From NCBI GenBank assembly GCA_963851265.1, contig CAWKNZ010000002.1, positions 992,001-1,056,000 on the forward strand: 64,000 bases of DNA, in the 5' to 3' direction. The stretch is from an uncultured Gemmatimonadales bacterium. GTDB lineage: Bacteria > Gemmatimonadota > Gemmatimonadetes > Gemmatimonadales > Gemmatimonadaceae. Position 1 is the stretch's first letter. Each line of letters starts with the position of its first letter. The position numbers and the translations under genes were made by a program. Under the pieces are notes generated by a model. The model worked only from the letters and a program-made list of their open reading frames with translations. It did not search any database and was not told where the DNA came from. Below, in pieces: positions 20,226 to 31,905 of this stretch.

Positions 20226-20603
20226 ATGGCTCGTATCGCAGGCGTCGATCTCCCTCGTGACAAGAAGGTCGAGATCGGGCTCACTTACATTTTCGGCATC
20301 GGCCGCACTACGGCGCTCAAGATCCTCGAAGGTTCGGGGGTGAGTGCCGACCAGCGCGTGCGTGACCTGAGCGACGCGGACGTCGCCCGCCTGCGCGCCG
20401 AGATTGAGCGCAGCCACAAGGTCGAGGGGGCGCTTCGGACCGAGGTGTCCATGAACGTCAAGCGGCTCATGGACATTGGGTCGTATCGCGGCATCCGCCA
20501 CCGTCGCGGGCTGCCGGTGCGCGGCCAGCGGACGCACACGAACGCCCGGACGAAGCGTGGCCCGCGCCGCGCCATCGCCGGCAAGAAGAAGGTCACGAAG
20601 TAA
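20226..20603 (+). CDS. rpsM: 30S ribosomal protein S13
   Basis: [36 protein letters not shown]. Confidence 0.98.
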   Translation: MARIAGVDLPRDKKVEIGLTYIFGIGRTTALKILEGSGVSADQRVRDLSDADVARLRAEIERSHKVEGALRTEVSMNVKRLMDIGSYRGIRHRRGLPVRGQRTHTNARTKRGPRRAIAGKKKVTK

Positions 20604-20605
20604 CC

Positions 20606-20983
20606 ATGGCTACCGCGAAGAAGACCAAGAAGGTCGTCGAGGCGGAGGGCGTCGCCCACATTCAGGCGACGTTCAACAACACGACGATCACCATCACCGA
20701 CCCGCGTGGCAACACCGTGTCGTGGGGCTCCTCGGGGAAGGCCGGCTTCAAGGGCTCGAAGAAGAGCACGCCGTTCGCCGCGACCGTCGCCTCCGAGCAG
20801 GCCGCGAAGGAAGCGATGACGGCCGGCGTTCGCCGCGTGCACGTGCGCGTGCAGGGTCCGGGCTCGGGCCGCGAGAGCGCCGTGCAGGCGCTCGCGGCGG
20901 CCGGACTCACGGTCAAGTCCATCAAGGACGTGACGCCGATCGCGCACAACGGTTGCCGGCCGCCCAAGCGGCGGAGGGTCTGA
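20606..20983 (+). CDS. rpsK: 30S ribosomal protein S11
   Basis: [40 protein letters not shown]. Confidence 0.98.
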   Translation: MATAKKTKKVVEAEGVAHIQATFNNTTITITDPRGNTVSWGSSGKAGFKGSKKSTPFAATVASEQAAKEAMTAGVRRVHVRVQGPGSGRESAVQALAAAGLTVKSIKDVTPIAHNGCRPPKRRRV

Positions 20984-20986
20984 CCG

Positions 20987-21619
20987 ATGCGTTACACGGG
21001 TCCCAGCTGCCGGCAGTGCCGGCGTGAAGGCACCAAGCTGTTTCTGAAAGGGACGAAGTGCTTCACCGAGAAGTGCCCGGTCGAGCGTCGTCCCTACGCT
21101 CCCGGCCAGCACGGCCAGGCGACCGCTCGCCGTCGTAAGGTGAGCGAGTACGCCAAGCAGCTGCGCGAGAAGCAGAAGATCAAGCGCATCTACGGGCTGT
21201 CCGAGCTGCAGTTCCGCAACACGTTCGAACGGGTCGCGACGCAGCAGGGCATCACGGGCCACAACCTGTTGGCCGCGCTCGAGAGCCGGCTCGACAACGT
21301 GATCTACCGCATGGGCTTCGCGCCGAGCCGAAAGGCGGCGCGTCAGCTGATCCGGCACGGGCACGTGGACGTGAAGCAGCGCCGCATGGACGTGCCGAGC
21401 TATCAGGTACGCCCGGGTGAGGAGATCCGCGTGCGCGAGTCGGCGCGTGAGATGCCGCTCGTCGTCGGCGCGATGGACCAATCGTCGCGCGGGGCGCCGC
21501 TCGCCTGGATCGCGGTCGACAAGGAGTCGTTCTCGGGGCGGATGCTCGAGAAGCCGCAGCGCCAGAGCATCCCGATCGCCGCGCAGGAGCAACTGGTCGT
21601 CGAATTGTACAGCAAGTAA
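20987..21619 (+). CDS. rpsD: 30S ribosomal protein S4 (Zn-ribbon type)
   Basis: CRQCRREG...C...C, QLREKQK, LESRLDN, VVELYSK. Confidence 0.98.
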   Translation: MRYTGPSCRQCRREGTKLFLKGTKCFTEKCPVERRPYAPGQHGQATARRRKVSEYAKQLREKQKIKRIYGLSELQFRNTFERVATQQGITGHNLLAALESRLDNVIYRMGFAPSRKAARQLIRHGHVDVKQRRMDVPSYQVRPGEEIRVRESAREMPLVVGAMDQSSRGAPLAWIAVDKESFSGRMLEKPQRQSIPIAAQEQLVVELYSK

Positions 21620-21929
21620 CGGCCGTTGCAGGGCTGCGCTCCGGAATGTCGTTCCGAGGGCATGCAGCGACCGAAGGATCGCTGTCCCTGCACGCAGTTC
21701 CGCGCGGCGTCGTCCGTGCCGGCGCTGTGAGCCCGGGCAGCGATCCTTCGCTGCGATCGGGGCGAGGGGTTTCAGAAGCACACATTACGCACGACCGTCG
21801 GACTGCACGACCGTAGTACCTGATTCACAGGTCGGGACCTTCACTCCCCAACGAGCCTGCCGCGCGTGAAGGGCGGGGCAGGGCGTCGCCTGGTCGTACA
21901 GACCGGGTGAGACCAATCCACGAGACATC
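21620..21929 (+). ncRNA. Candidate structured cis-regulatory RNA between rpsD and rpoA
   Basis: 310-nt spacer with multiple hairpins and a 7/7 complementary loop pair, CCTTCAC (21838-21844) and GTGAAGG (21866-21872). Confidence 0.55.
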
Positions 21930-22991
21930 ATGGCAGCAATCGATCTTCGCGGGCTCGTTCGCCCGCAACTCGTCGAATCGACGAAGCGCGACGACCAGCC
22001 CAACGTGGCCGAGTTCCGACTGCAGCCGCTCGAGCGCGGCTTCGGTCACACGCTCGGTAACGCCATGCGGCGGCTCCTGCTGTCGTCGCTGCGCGGCGCC
22101 GCCGTGTGGGGCTTCCGCATCGACGGCGTCCTCCACGAGCACCAGACCATTCCGGGCGTCGTCGAGGACGTGCACCAGATCATCGGTCAGCTCAAGACGC
22201 TCGTGCTCGCGCTCGACGCCGACGTTGACACGTCGGTGCTGCGCATCCGCAAGACCGAATCGGGTCCGGTCACGGGCGCGGACATCCAGCAGGCGCCGGG
22301 CGTGCGGGTCGTCGACCCGTCGCACCACATCCTGACCCTGCAGGAGGACCGCGAGCTCAACGTCGAGCTCTACGTCAACAAGGGCCGCGGCTACGTCGAG
22401 AGCGACCAGCACCCGGTCGACCGCGGACTGCCGGTCGACCTCGTGCGCATCGACGCGATCTACAACCCCGTGCGCCGCGCCAATTTCTCGGTTGCCGAGA
22501 CTCGCGTGGGGCAGCGGACCGACTACGACCGCCTGACGCTCACCGTCGAGACGAACGGCACGCTCTCGCCCGAGGAGGCCGTGAGCTACGCCGCCGCCCT
22601 GGCGCAGACGCATTTCCAGTACTTCGCGAGCTTCGGCCCGCACGGCGGGAGCAGCAACGGGACCGCGCTCGAGGGCGGCGACGCCCGCCGGACGGCCGAG
22701 CTGCTGCGCACGCCGATCGACGACCTCGAGTTGTCCGTGCGGAGTGTGAACTCGCTCAAGAACTCGAGCGTCCGTACGCTCGGGGACCTGGTTCGTCTCA
22801 ACGAGAGCCAGATTTTGCAGGTCAAGAACTTCGGCAAGAAGTCCCTCCAGGAGATCGCCGACCTCCTCGAGCGCGAGGGACTCAACTTTGGCATGCGCTA
22901 CGAGGAGACCGGCGAAGGCGTGCGGATCACCGATTGGGGAACCGCACCGAGCCGCGCCGCCGCGAACGCGCCTGAAGACGACGAGGATTAG
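21930..22991 (+). CDS. rpoA: RNA polymerase subunit alpha
   Basis: [54 protein letters not shown]. Confidence 0.98.
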   Translation: MAAIDLRGLVRPQLVESTKRDDQPNVAEFRLQPLERGFGHTLGNAMRRLLLSSLRGAAVWGFRIDGVLHEHQTIPGVVEDVHQIIGQLKTLVLALDADVDTSVLRIRKTESGPVTGADIQQAPGVRVVDPSHHILTLQEDRELNVELYVNKGRGYVESDQHPVDRGLPVDLVRIDAIYNPVRRANFSVAETRVGQRTDYDRLTLTVETNGTLSPEEAVSYAAALAQTHFQYFASFGPHGGSSNGTALEGGDARRTAELLRTPIDDLELSVRSVNSLKNSSVRTLGDLVRLNESQILQVKNFGKKSLQEIADLLEREGLNFGMRYEETGEGVRITDWGTAPSRAAANAPEDDED

Positions 22992-22999
22992 GAACCACC

Positions 23000-23353
23000 A
23001 TGCGTCACCGGAAGGCCGGACGGCAGCTCCGCCGCACGAGTGAGCAGCGCCTCGCGCTGCTCCGCAACCTCGCGACCTCGCTCATCGAGCAGGGCGCCAT
23101 CGAGACCACCGAGGCCAAGGCCAAGGAGCTCCGTCCCTTCGTCGAGAAGCTCGTGACGAAGGCGCGGCGCGGTACCCTGCACGCGCGCCGCCTCGCGGGC
23201 CGCCACGTGCAGAAGCGCGAGGCCGCGGACAAGCTGTTCCAGGAGTGGGGCCCGAAGTTCGCGGCCCGGCCGGGCGGCTACACCCGCATCCTCAAGACCG
23301 GCCACCGTCGCGGCGACGGGGCCGAGATGGCGCGGATCGAGTTCGTCAGCTGA
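23000..23353 (+). CDS. rplQ: 50S ribosomal protein L17
   Basis: [28 protein letters not shown]...RRGDGAEMA. Confidence 0.98.
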   Translation: MRHRKAGRQLRRTSEQRLALLRNLATSLIEQGAIETTEAKAKELRPFVEKLVTKARRGTLHARRLAGRHVQKREAADKLFQEWGPKFAARPGGYTRILKTGHRRGDGAEMARIEFVS

Positions 23354-23368
23354 CCGGAGACGCATTCC

Positions 23369-24659
<1,291 letters not shown>

Positions 24660-24666
24660 GGACCGC

Positions 24667-25614
24667 GTGACGCGCTCGGCGCTCGTGACGGGCGCTGCGG
24701 GGTTCGTCGGCACGCGGCTCGTTCGCGCGTTGTGTGCGGCGGGGTGGCGCGTCACGGGGACGGCGCAGGGCACCGATCAGATCGCCGTTCGCGATCCGGA
24801 CGTGGAGTGGTTGACGGGCGACGTGCGGGACGTCGCGCACCTGGGGACCGCGTTGGACGTGGCGTCTCCGGACGCCGTATTCCACCTCGCGGGCGTGTCG
24901 TTCGTACCGGCGGCCGCGGCCGACCCGGGATACGCGGCCGAGGTCAACGCGGTGGCCGCAGCGCGGCTGGTCGGGCTCGTCGCCCAACGGCGGCGCGCGG
25001 GGACGCTGGACCCCGTCGTGGTCGTCGTCGGGAGTGGCGAGCAGTACGGCCGGCACGATCCTGCCGAGTTTCCGCTGACCGAGTCGGCGGAGCAACGGCC
25101 GCACACGGTGTACGCGGCCACCAAGGTGGCGCAGGAGACGCTCGCGATGCAGGCGTGGCGGGGCGAAGGCGTGCGAGTGGTCGCGACGCGGAGCTTCAAC
25201 CACAGCGGTCCGGGCCAGGCGTTCCGCTTCCTTCTCCCCGGCCTCGTCGGGCGAACGCGCGCGCTCCGCGCGCAGCCGCTAGGCGCGCCGCTCGTGTTGG
25301 GCAATCAGACGACCGTCCGCGACTTCCTTCACGTGGACGATGTCGTTGCGGCCTATATTGCGCTCGCCGAACGCGGCCGGCCCGGTGAGGCGTACAACGT
25401 TGCGAGCGGGGCCGGCCACTCCGTCGTCGACCTTGCGCGACGCGTTCTGGCGCGTGCCGGGACCGACGCCGACCTCCGGAGCGATCCGACGCTCGTCCGG
25501 CCGGCCGAAGTTCCAGCGCTCGTCGGGAGCGCGGCGAAGCTCGCCGCAGACACCGGTTGGGCGCCCCGCCGCACGCTCGACGACCTCATCGATGACCTGA
25601 TCGCGGCGGCGTGA
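24667..25614 (+). CDS. NAD-dependent epimerase/reductase, Rmd-like (GDP-4-keto-6-deoxymannose reductase)
   Basis: TGAAGFVG, GSGEQYG, YAATK, RSFNHSGPGQ, RDFLHV; adjacent to gmd. Confidence 0.8.
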   Translation: MTRSALVTGAAGFVGTRLVRALCAAGWRVTGTAQGTDQIAVRDPDVEWLTGDVRDVAHLGTALDVASPDAVFHLAGVSFVPAAAADPGYAAEVNAVAAARLVGLVAQRRRAGTLDPVVVVVGSGEQYGRHDPAEFPLTESAEQRPHTVYAATKVAQETLAMQAWRGEGVRVVATRSFNHSGPGQAFRFLLPGLVGRTRALRAQPLGAPLVLGNQTTVRDFLHVDDVVAAYIALAERGRPGEAYNVASGAGHSVVDLARRVLARAGTDADLRSDPTLVRPAEVPALVGSAAKLAADTGWAPRRTLDDLIDDLIAAA

Positions 25615-25650
25615 CGACGCCGCGGTCGTGTACCGCGCCCAGAAACCGCT

Positions 25651-28600
25651 ATGCCCCGCCGCACCGACCTGCACCGCATCCTCGTCATTGGCTCCGGCCC
25701 GATCGTCATCGGACAGGGTGCCGAATTCGACTACTCGGGGACGCAGGCCGTGAAGGCGCTGCGCGAAGAGGGATACGAAGTCGTCCTGGTGAACTCGAAT
25801 CCGGCGACGATCATGACCGACCCCGAGATCGCCGACCGGACGTACATCGAACCCGTCACGCCCGATTTCGTCGAGCGGATCATCGCGCGCGAGCGTCCCG
25901 ACGCCCTGTTACCGACGATGGGCGGCCAAACGGCGCTCAACGTCGCGATGACGCTTGCCGAGCGCGGAGTGCTCGCGCAGTACGAGTGCGAGCTGATCGG
26001 TGCGAACGCGCGCGCGATCAAGATGGCCGAGGATCGGCAGGAGTTCGATCACGCGATGCGCAGGATCGGGCTGCGGACGCCGGCGGGTCGGATCGCGACC
26101 ACGTGGGACGAGGCGGCCGCGATCGCGGAGTGGGCGGGCTTTCCGGCGATCGTGCGTCCGTCGTTCACGCTCGGCGGTTCGGGCGGCGGCATCGCATACA
26201 ACCGAGACGAGTACGAGCAGATCGTCCGCCGCGGACTCGATCTCTCGCCGGTGTCCCAGGTTCTCATCGAGCGGTCGCTGATCGGCTGGAAGGAGTTCGA
26301 GCTCGAGGTCATGCGCGACTCGGCGGACAACGTCGTGATCGTCTGCTCGATCGAGAACTTCGACCCGATGGGCGTGCATACGGGCGACTCGATCACCGTC
26401 GCGCCGGCGATGACGCTGACCGACCGCGAGTACCAGACCATGCGCGATGCGGCCGTGGCGATCATCCGGGAGATCGGCGTCGACGCCGGCGGGTGCAACA
26501 TCCAGTTCGCGGTGAATCCCGCGGACGGCGAGCTGGTGGTGATCGAGATGAACCCGCGCGTGTCGCGATCGTCCGCGCTCGCGTCCAAGGCGACCGGCTT
26601 CCCGATCGCGCGCATCGGCGCGAAGCTCGCGGTCGGGTACCGCCTCGACGAGATCCCGAACGACATCACCCGCACGACCCCGGCATCGTTCGAGCCGGTG
26701 CTCGATTACGTGATCGTGAAGTGCCCGCGATTCGCGTTCGAGAAGTTCCCGGGCGCCGACGCGCGGCTCACGACGCAGATGCACAGCGTCGGCGAGAGTA
26801 TGGCCATCGGGCGCACGTTCAAGGAAGCGTTTCAGAAGGCGCTCCGCGCGCTCGAAAACGGGCGCTCCGGCTGGACCACTGGCGAGACGTTGGGCGACGA
26901 TCGCCTAGCGGATGCCGAGCCGGCGACGCTGCGGTCGGCGCTCCGGCAGCCGACCCCTGAGCGCGTGTATCAGCTCAAGCGCGCGTTCCTCGCGGGGATG
27001 ACCGTCGAGGAAATCGCCGAGCTGACCGGCATCGACCCGTGGTTTCTCGCGCAGCTCGACGAGATCGTCGCGGCCGAGCGCGCATACGCGGCGTCCGACT
27101 CGGCCGCTGCCACGAGCGCGGCGACGCTCCGGCGGATGAAGCGGCTCGGTTTCTCCGACCGGCAGCTCGCCGCGTTGAGTGGGACCAGCGAGGACGCAGT
27201 GCGCGCCGCGCGCCACGCGGCCGGCGTGCGGCCGGCGTACAAGATGGTCGACACGTGCGCGGGCGAGTTCCCGTCGGCCACGCCGTACCTGTACGGCAGC
27301 TACGACGAAGAGGGCGAGGCGCCCCGCTCCGAGCGCGCGTCGGTGGTGATCCTCGGCTCCGGGCCCAACCGCATCGGACAGGGCGTCGAGTTCGACTACT
27401 GCTGCGTGCGCGCGGCGCTCGCACTTCGCGACGCGGGCTACGAGACGATCATGGTCAACTCGAACCCCGAGACCGTCTCGACCGACTTCGACACGTCGGA
27501 CAAGCTGTACTTCGAGCCGCTCACCCTCGAGGACGTGCTCGAGATCGTCGAACGCGAGCGGCCGCTCGGCGTGATCGTGCAGCTCGGCGGGCAGACGCCG
27601 CTCAAGCTCACGCGCGCGCTCGAGCGCGCGGGCGTCCGCATTCTGGGCACGCCGCCCGACGCAATCGACATTGCGGAGGACCGCCGCCGCTTCGACGCGG
27701 TCGCCCGCGAGCTCGGGCTGGAGCAGCCCCCCAACGGCACGGCGACGAGCGTCGAGGAGGCGGTCGGCGTCGCGGAGCGCGTCGGGTACCCCGCGCTCGT
27801 CAGGCCGTCGTACGTGCTCGGCGGGCGCGCGATGGAAATCGTGTACGACGAGCCCTCGTTGCGCGACTACTTCGTGCGCGCGGTGCGGGTGAGCGAGGAT
27901 CGCCCGGTGCTGATCGACCGCTTCCTCGAGGACGCGGTGGAGGTCGACGTCGACGCGATCGCGGACGGGCACGACGTCGTGATCGGGGCCGTGATGCAGC
28001 ACGTCGAGGAAGCCGGGATCCACTCCGGCGACTCGGCGTGCGTGCTCCCGCCGCCGACCATCGAGCCCGCCGTGCTCGACCGCATGCGCGAGCAGACGGT
28101 CGCGCTCGCGCGCCGGCTCGGCGTCGTGGGGCTGATGAACGTGCAGTACGCGGTCCGCGACAACCGCGTCTACGTGCTCGAAGCGAACCCGCGGGCCAGC
28201 CGCACGATCCCGTTCGTCAGCAAGGCGATCGGCGTCCCGCTCGCGGCCCTCGCCGCGCGCGTCATGCTCGGCGAACGGCTCGCCGACCTGGGCCTCGCGC
28301 ATGAAATCGTTCCGCCGTACGTGAGCGTCAAGGAGGCGGTCTTCCCCTTCAACAAGTTCCGCGCGTTCGACCCCGTGCTGGGCCCCGAGATGCGGTCGAC
28401 CGGTGAGGTGATGGGTGTCGCGGCGACGTTCGGCGCGGCGTTCTGGAAGTCGCAGCTCGCAGCCGACAACCGGCTGCCGTCGCGTGGCGCCGTGTTCATC
28501 TCGGTGAACGACCGCGACAAGGGGAACGTGGTCGCGGTAGCGCGCCGGTTCCACGACATGGGCTTCGTGCTCCACGCGACCGAAGGGACCGGCGCCGCGC

Positions 28601-28914
28601 TGGCGAGGGCCGGCGTGCCGAGCGAACGCGTGTACAAGTTGAGTGAGGGGCGGCCGAACGGGATCGACCTGCTCGTCAACGGCACGGTGGGGCTGCTGGT
28701 GAATACGCCGCGCGGGAAGTCGGCCCAGGAGGACGACCTCTCGCTCCGTCAGGCCGCCGTCTCGCGACGTGTCGCGTACACGACGACGCTGGCAGCCGCG
28801 ATGGCGGTCGCCGACGGGATCGAGGCGTCGCGGGCCGACGCCGTCGACGTGCGGTCGCTGCAGGAGTGGCACGCGGGACTCGGCGCGGTCGCGCCGGCCG
28901 AGGCCACGGCATGA
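25651..28914 (+). CDS. carB: Carbamoyl-phosphate synthase large subunit
   Basis: MPRRTD...[18 protein letters not shown], two ATP-grasp halves and a C-terminal MGS domain. Confidence 0.98.
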   Translation: MPRRTDLHRILVIGSGPIVIGQGAEFDYSGTQAVKALREEGYEVVLVNSNPATIMTDPEIADRTYIEPVTPDFVERIIARERPDALLPTMGGQTALNVAMTLAERGVLAQYECELIGANARAIKMAEDRQEFDHAMRRIGLRTPAGRIATTWDEAAAIAEWAGFPAIVRPSFTLGGSGGGIAYNRDEYEQIVRRGLDLSPVSQVLIERSLIGWKEFELEVMRDSADNVVIVCSIENFDPMGVHTGDSITVAPAMTLTDREYQTMRDAAVAIIREIGVDAGGCNIQFAVNPADGELVVIEMNPRVSRSSALASKATGFPIARIGAKLAVGYRLDEIPNDITRTTPASFEPVLDYVIVKCPRFAFEKFPGADARLTTQMHSVGESMAIGRTFKEAFQKALRALENGRSGWTTGETLGDDRLADAEPATLRSALRQPTPERVYQLKRAFLAGMTVEEIAELTGIDPWFLAQLDEIVAAERAYAASDSAAATSAATLRRMKRLGFSDRQLAALSGTSEDAVRAARHAAGVRPAYKMVDTCAGEFPSATPYLYGSYDEEGEAPRSERASVVILGSGPNRIGQGVEFDYCCVRAALALRDAGYETIMVNSNPETVSTDFDTSDKLYFEPLTLEDVLEIVERERPLGVIVQLGGQTPLKLTRALERAGVRILGTPPDAIDIAEDRRRFDAVARELGLEQPPNGTATSVEEAVGVAERVGYPALVRPSYVLGGRAMEIVYDEPSLRDYFVRAVRVSEDRPVLIDRFLEDAVEVDVDAIADGHDVVIGAVMQHVEEAGIHSGDSACVLPPPTIEPAVLDRMREQTVALARRLGVVGLMNVQYAVRDNRVYVLEANPRASRTIPFVSKAIGVPLAALAARVMLGERLADLGLAHEIVPPYVSVKEAVFPFNKFRAFDPVLGPEMRSTGEVMGVAATFGAAFWKSQLAADNRLPSRGAVFISVNDRDKGNVVAVARRFHDMGFVLHATEGTGAALARAGVPSERVYKLSEGRPNGIDLLVNGTVGLLVNTPRGKSAQEDDLSLRQAAVSRRVAYTTTLAAAMAVADGIEASRADAVDVRSLQEWHAGLGAVAPAEATA

Positions 28915-29564
28915 GCGCGGCGCCGGAGAGTCCGGACGTGCACCCGACGGCGTGGGTGCACCCGTCGAGCTACGTCGATGCGGGAGCGCGAGTGGGCGCG
29001 CGATCGAAGGTGTGGCACTTCTGCCACCTCATGCCAGGGTCCGAGGTCGGCGAGGACTGCTCGTTGGGCCAGAACGTGGTCGTGATGTCGGGCGTGCGCG
29101 TTGGGCGCAACGCGAAGATCCAGAACAATGTCAGCCTCTACGAGGGCGTCGAACTCGAAGCAGACGTGTTCTGCGGCCCGTCGATGGTGTTCACGAACGT
29201 GCACAACCCGCGAAGCCACGTCTCGCGGAAACACGAATACCGACGCACGCTCGTAGAACGCGGCGCGTCGATCGGCGCGAACGCGACCGTCGTGTGCGGC
29301 AACTCGATTGGTGCCTACGCGCTCGTGGGTGCCGGCGCCGTCGTCACGCGCGACGTGCCGGCGTACGCGGTCGTCGCGGGCGTGCCGGCGCGACAACGCG
29401 GCTGGGCGTGCGCATGCGGCGAACTGCTCGATGCGCCGCTCGCGGCGGTGGACTCGGAGCTGGCCGTCGTGTGTCCGGCGTGCGGTGAGCGGTACCTCCT
29501 GGTCGGCGACGTGCTCCGCCCCGTCGCGCCCGACGTACCGCGCGACGTCGGGGTGGCCGCGTGA
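28911..29564 (+). CDS. Hexapeptide N-acetyltransferase, WbpD/WlbB-like
   Basis: [31 protein letters not shown]-terminal CACG...CPAC; ATGA overlap with carB. Confidence 0.88.
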   Translation: MSAAPESPDVHPTAWVHPSSYVDAGARVGARSKVWHFCHLMPGSEVGEDCSLGQNVVVMSGVRVGRNAKIQNNVSLYEGVELEADVFCGPSMVFTNVHNPRSHVSRKHEYRRTLVERGASIGANATVVCGNSIGAYALVGAGAVVTRDVPAYAVVAGVPARQRGWACACGELLDAPLAAVDSELAVVCPACGERYLLVGDVLRPVAPDVPRDVGVAA

Positions 29565-30613
29565 CGCCGCTCGCTCACGACGCCGTCGTGCGCGTCGGCC
29601 TCGTCGGCTGCGGACGGATCAGCCGCAACCACGTCGATGCGATCGCCAAAGTCGACGGGCTCGAACTCGCGGCGGTGAGCGACATGGTCGAGGCCCGGGC
29701 GCGTGAGGTTGGCGCCGCGAACGGTGTTCCGTCGTACACGTCCCTCGACGCGATGCTCACGGGCACGCCGTTCGACCTGCTCGCGGTGTGCACGCCTTCG
29801 GGGTTGCACCCGGCGCACGGGACGGCCGGAGCCCGCGCGGGCAAGCACGTGTTGAGCGAGAAGCCGATGGCGATCTCGCTGGCCGGCGCGGACGCGCTCG
29901 TCCGCGCGTGTGACGACGCCGGCGTGCAGCTGTTCGTCGTCAAGCAGAACCGGCTCAACCCGGCCGTGCAGCTGCTCAAGCGCGCGATCGACAAGGGGCG
30001 GTTCGGGCGGCTCTTTCTCGCCAACTCGACCGTGCGTTGGACCCGCCCCCAGGACTACTACGACCAGGCGCCGTGGCGTGGCACGTGGGAGTTCGACGGC
30101 GGCGCGTTCATGAACCAGGCATCGCACTACGTCGATCTCGTGCAGTGGCTCATGGGTCCGGTCGAGAGCGTGGTCGCGAAGACCGCGACGCTCGCGCGGC
30201 GCATCGAGGCCGAGGACGTCGGGGCCGCGGTGATGCGCTTCCGGAATGGCGCGCTCGGCGTGATGGAGGTTTCGATGTTGACGTACCCGCGCAACCTCGA
30301 AGGCTCGGTCACGTTGATGGGTGAACGCGGCACGGCGAAGGTCGGCGGGACCGCCGTCAACAAGATCGAGACCTGGCAGTTCGCAGACTACGACGACGAC
30401 GACAAGCTCGTCGACGCGACCGCGACGAATCCGCCGACCGTCTACGGCTTCGGTCACGAGGCGTATTACCGCAACGTGCTCGCGGTGCTCCGAGGTGAGG
30501 CACCGGCCGAAACCGACGGGCGCGCCGGGAGGAAGTCGCTCGAATTGATCCTGGGCATCTACGAGAGCGCGCGCACCGGGCGCGAGGTGCCGCTGCCGTT
30601 GCGAACGGGCTGA
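29561..30613 (+). CDS. Gfo/Idh/MocA oxidoreductase, WlbA/WbpB-like sugar 3-dehydrogenase
   Basis: GCGRIS, CTPSGLH, EKPMA, VVKQNR, WRGTWEFDGGAFMNQASHYVD. Confidence 0.88.
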   Translation: MTPLAHDAVVRVGLVGCGRISRNHVDAIAKVDGLELAAVSDMVEARAREVGAANGVPSYTSLDAMLTGTPFDLLAVCTPSGLHPAHGTAGARAGKHVLSEKPMAISLAGADALVRACDDAGVQLFVVKQNRLNPAVQLLKRAIDKGRFGRLFLANSTVRWTRPQDYYDQAPWRGTWEFDGGAFMNQASHYVDLVQWLMGPVESVVAKTATLARRIEAEDVGAAVMRFRNGALGVMEVSMLTYPRNLEGSVTLMGERGTAKVGGTAVNKIETWQFADYDDDDKLVDATATNPPTVYGFGHEAYYRNVLAVLRGEAPAETDGRAGRKSLELILGIYESARTGREVPLPLRTG

Positions 30614-30707
30614 GCGTCGGCGTCGCGTTGACATGATCTCGGGGCGGGCGCAGCTTTGGGGGTTCCGGCGCGGTGGCGCGCCGGCGACCCGCCTCGACCC
30701 TCCCCGT

Positions 30708-31820
30708 ATGGCCGTTCCCCTCCTCGACCTCCGCGCGCAGCACGCGACCATCCGCGACGCCGTTGTCGCCGCGCTCATGCGCGTGGTCGACGATCAGGCC
30801 TTCATTCTCGGCGAGCCAGTGGCGCAGCTCGAGGCCGAGGTCGCGGCGCTCTCGCACGCCGCCCACGCCGTGGGCTGCGCGAACGGCACCGACGCGATTC
30901 TGCTCGCGCTGCGCGCGCTCGATGTCGGCCGTGGCGACCGCGTCATCACCACGCCGTTCACGTTCTTCGCGACCGCGGGCACGATCCACAACGTGGGGGC
31001 GACGCCCGTGTTCGTCGACATCGACCCCGACACGTTCAACATCGCGCCCGACGCGATCGCGGCCGCACTCGCCCCCGACGTGCGTGCGGTGGTGCCGGTC
31101 GATCTGTTCGGCCAGATGGCGGCGATCGAGCGCGTGGAAGCGGCCGCGCCGGGGGTCCCGATCATCGAGGACGCCGCGCAGTCGATCGGCGCGCGGCGCT
31201 TCATCGACGGCGCGTGGCGCATGGCCGGCGAGGCCGCGACCATCGGCACGTTCAGCTTCTTCCCGTCCAAGAACCTTGGCGGGTATGGCGACGGTGGGAT
31301 GCTCGTGACGCAGGACGCGGCACTCAATGAGCGCCTGCTCCGGCTGCGCACGCACGGATCACGCAAGACGTACTACCACGAGGAAGTGGGGTACAACAGC
31401 CGGCTCGACGCGTTGCAGGCGGCGGTGCTTCGCGCGAAGCTGCCAAACCTCGCCGCGTGGAGCGAGCGGCGACGCGAGAACGCCGCGTATTACGACGCGG
31501 CGTTCGCCGACATGGCCGACGTCCGCACGCCGACCATCGATCCGGCCAACGAGTCGATCTACAACCAGTACACGCTACGGGCCGAGCGGCGGGATGCGTT
31601 GCAGGCGCACCTCAAGCAGTCTGGCATCGGCACGTCGGTGTACTACCCGCTCCCGCTGCATCTGCAGCCGTGCTTCGCTTATCTCGGGTATCGCGAAGGG
31701 CAGTGTCCCGAGGCCGAGCGCGCGGCGCGCGAGGTGCTTTCGTTGCCGGTGTTCCCGGAGCTCACTCGCGATCAGCTGGACGAGGTCGTCGGGGCCGTGC
31801 GCACGTTCTACGGACGCTGA
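30708..31820 (+). CDS. DegT/DnrJ/EryC1/StrS aminotransferase, WbpE/WlbC-like
   Basis: NGTDA, FTFFAT, EDAAQS, SFFPSKNLGGYGDGG, NSRLD. Confidence 0.92.
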   Translation: MAVPLLDLRAQHATIRDAVVAALMRVVDDQAFILGEPVAQLEAEVAALSHAAHAVGCANGTDAILLALRALDVGRGDRVITTPFTFFATAGTIHNVGATPVFVDIDPDTFNIAPDAIAAALAPDVRAVVPVDLFGQMAAIERVEAAAPGVPIIEDAAQSIGARRFIDGAWRMAGEAATIGTFSFFPSKNLGGYGDGGMLVTQDAALNERLLRLRTHGSRKTYYHEEVGYNSRLDALQAAVLRAKLPNLAAWSERRRENAAYYDAAFADMADVRTPTIDPANESIYNQYTLRAERRDALQAHLKQSGIGTSVYYPLPLHLQPCFAYLGYREGQCPEAERAAREVLSLPVFPELTRDQLDEVVGAVRTFYGR

Positions 31821-31905
31821 CCGACCGATGTGCGCCGGCGCGTCGGCGCCGCGGACCTCCCAATCCCTCGTACCACCCGCGCGGCCCACACCACGCCGCG
31901 ATTGC

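Noticed and set aside
21620..21929. tmRNA, RNase P RNA, SRP RNA or cobalamin riboswitch as the identity of the spacer
   Set aside because: No tRNA-like ends or tag ORF, no GAGGAAAGTCC, no SRP domain IV motif and no B12 box seen on either strand.
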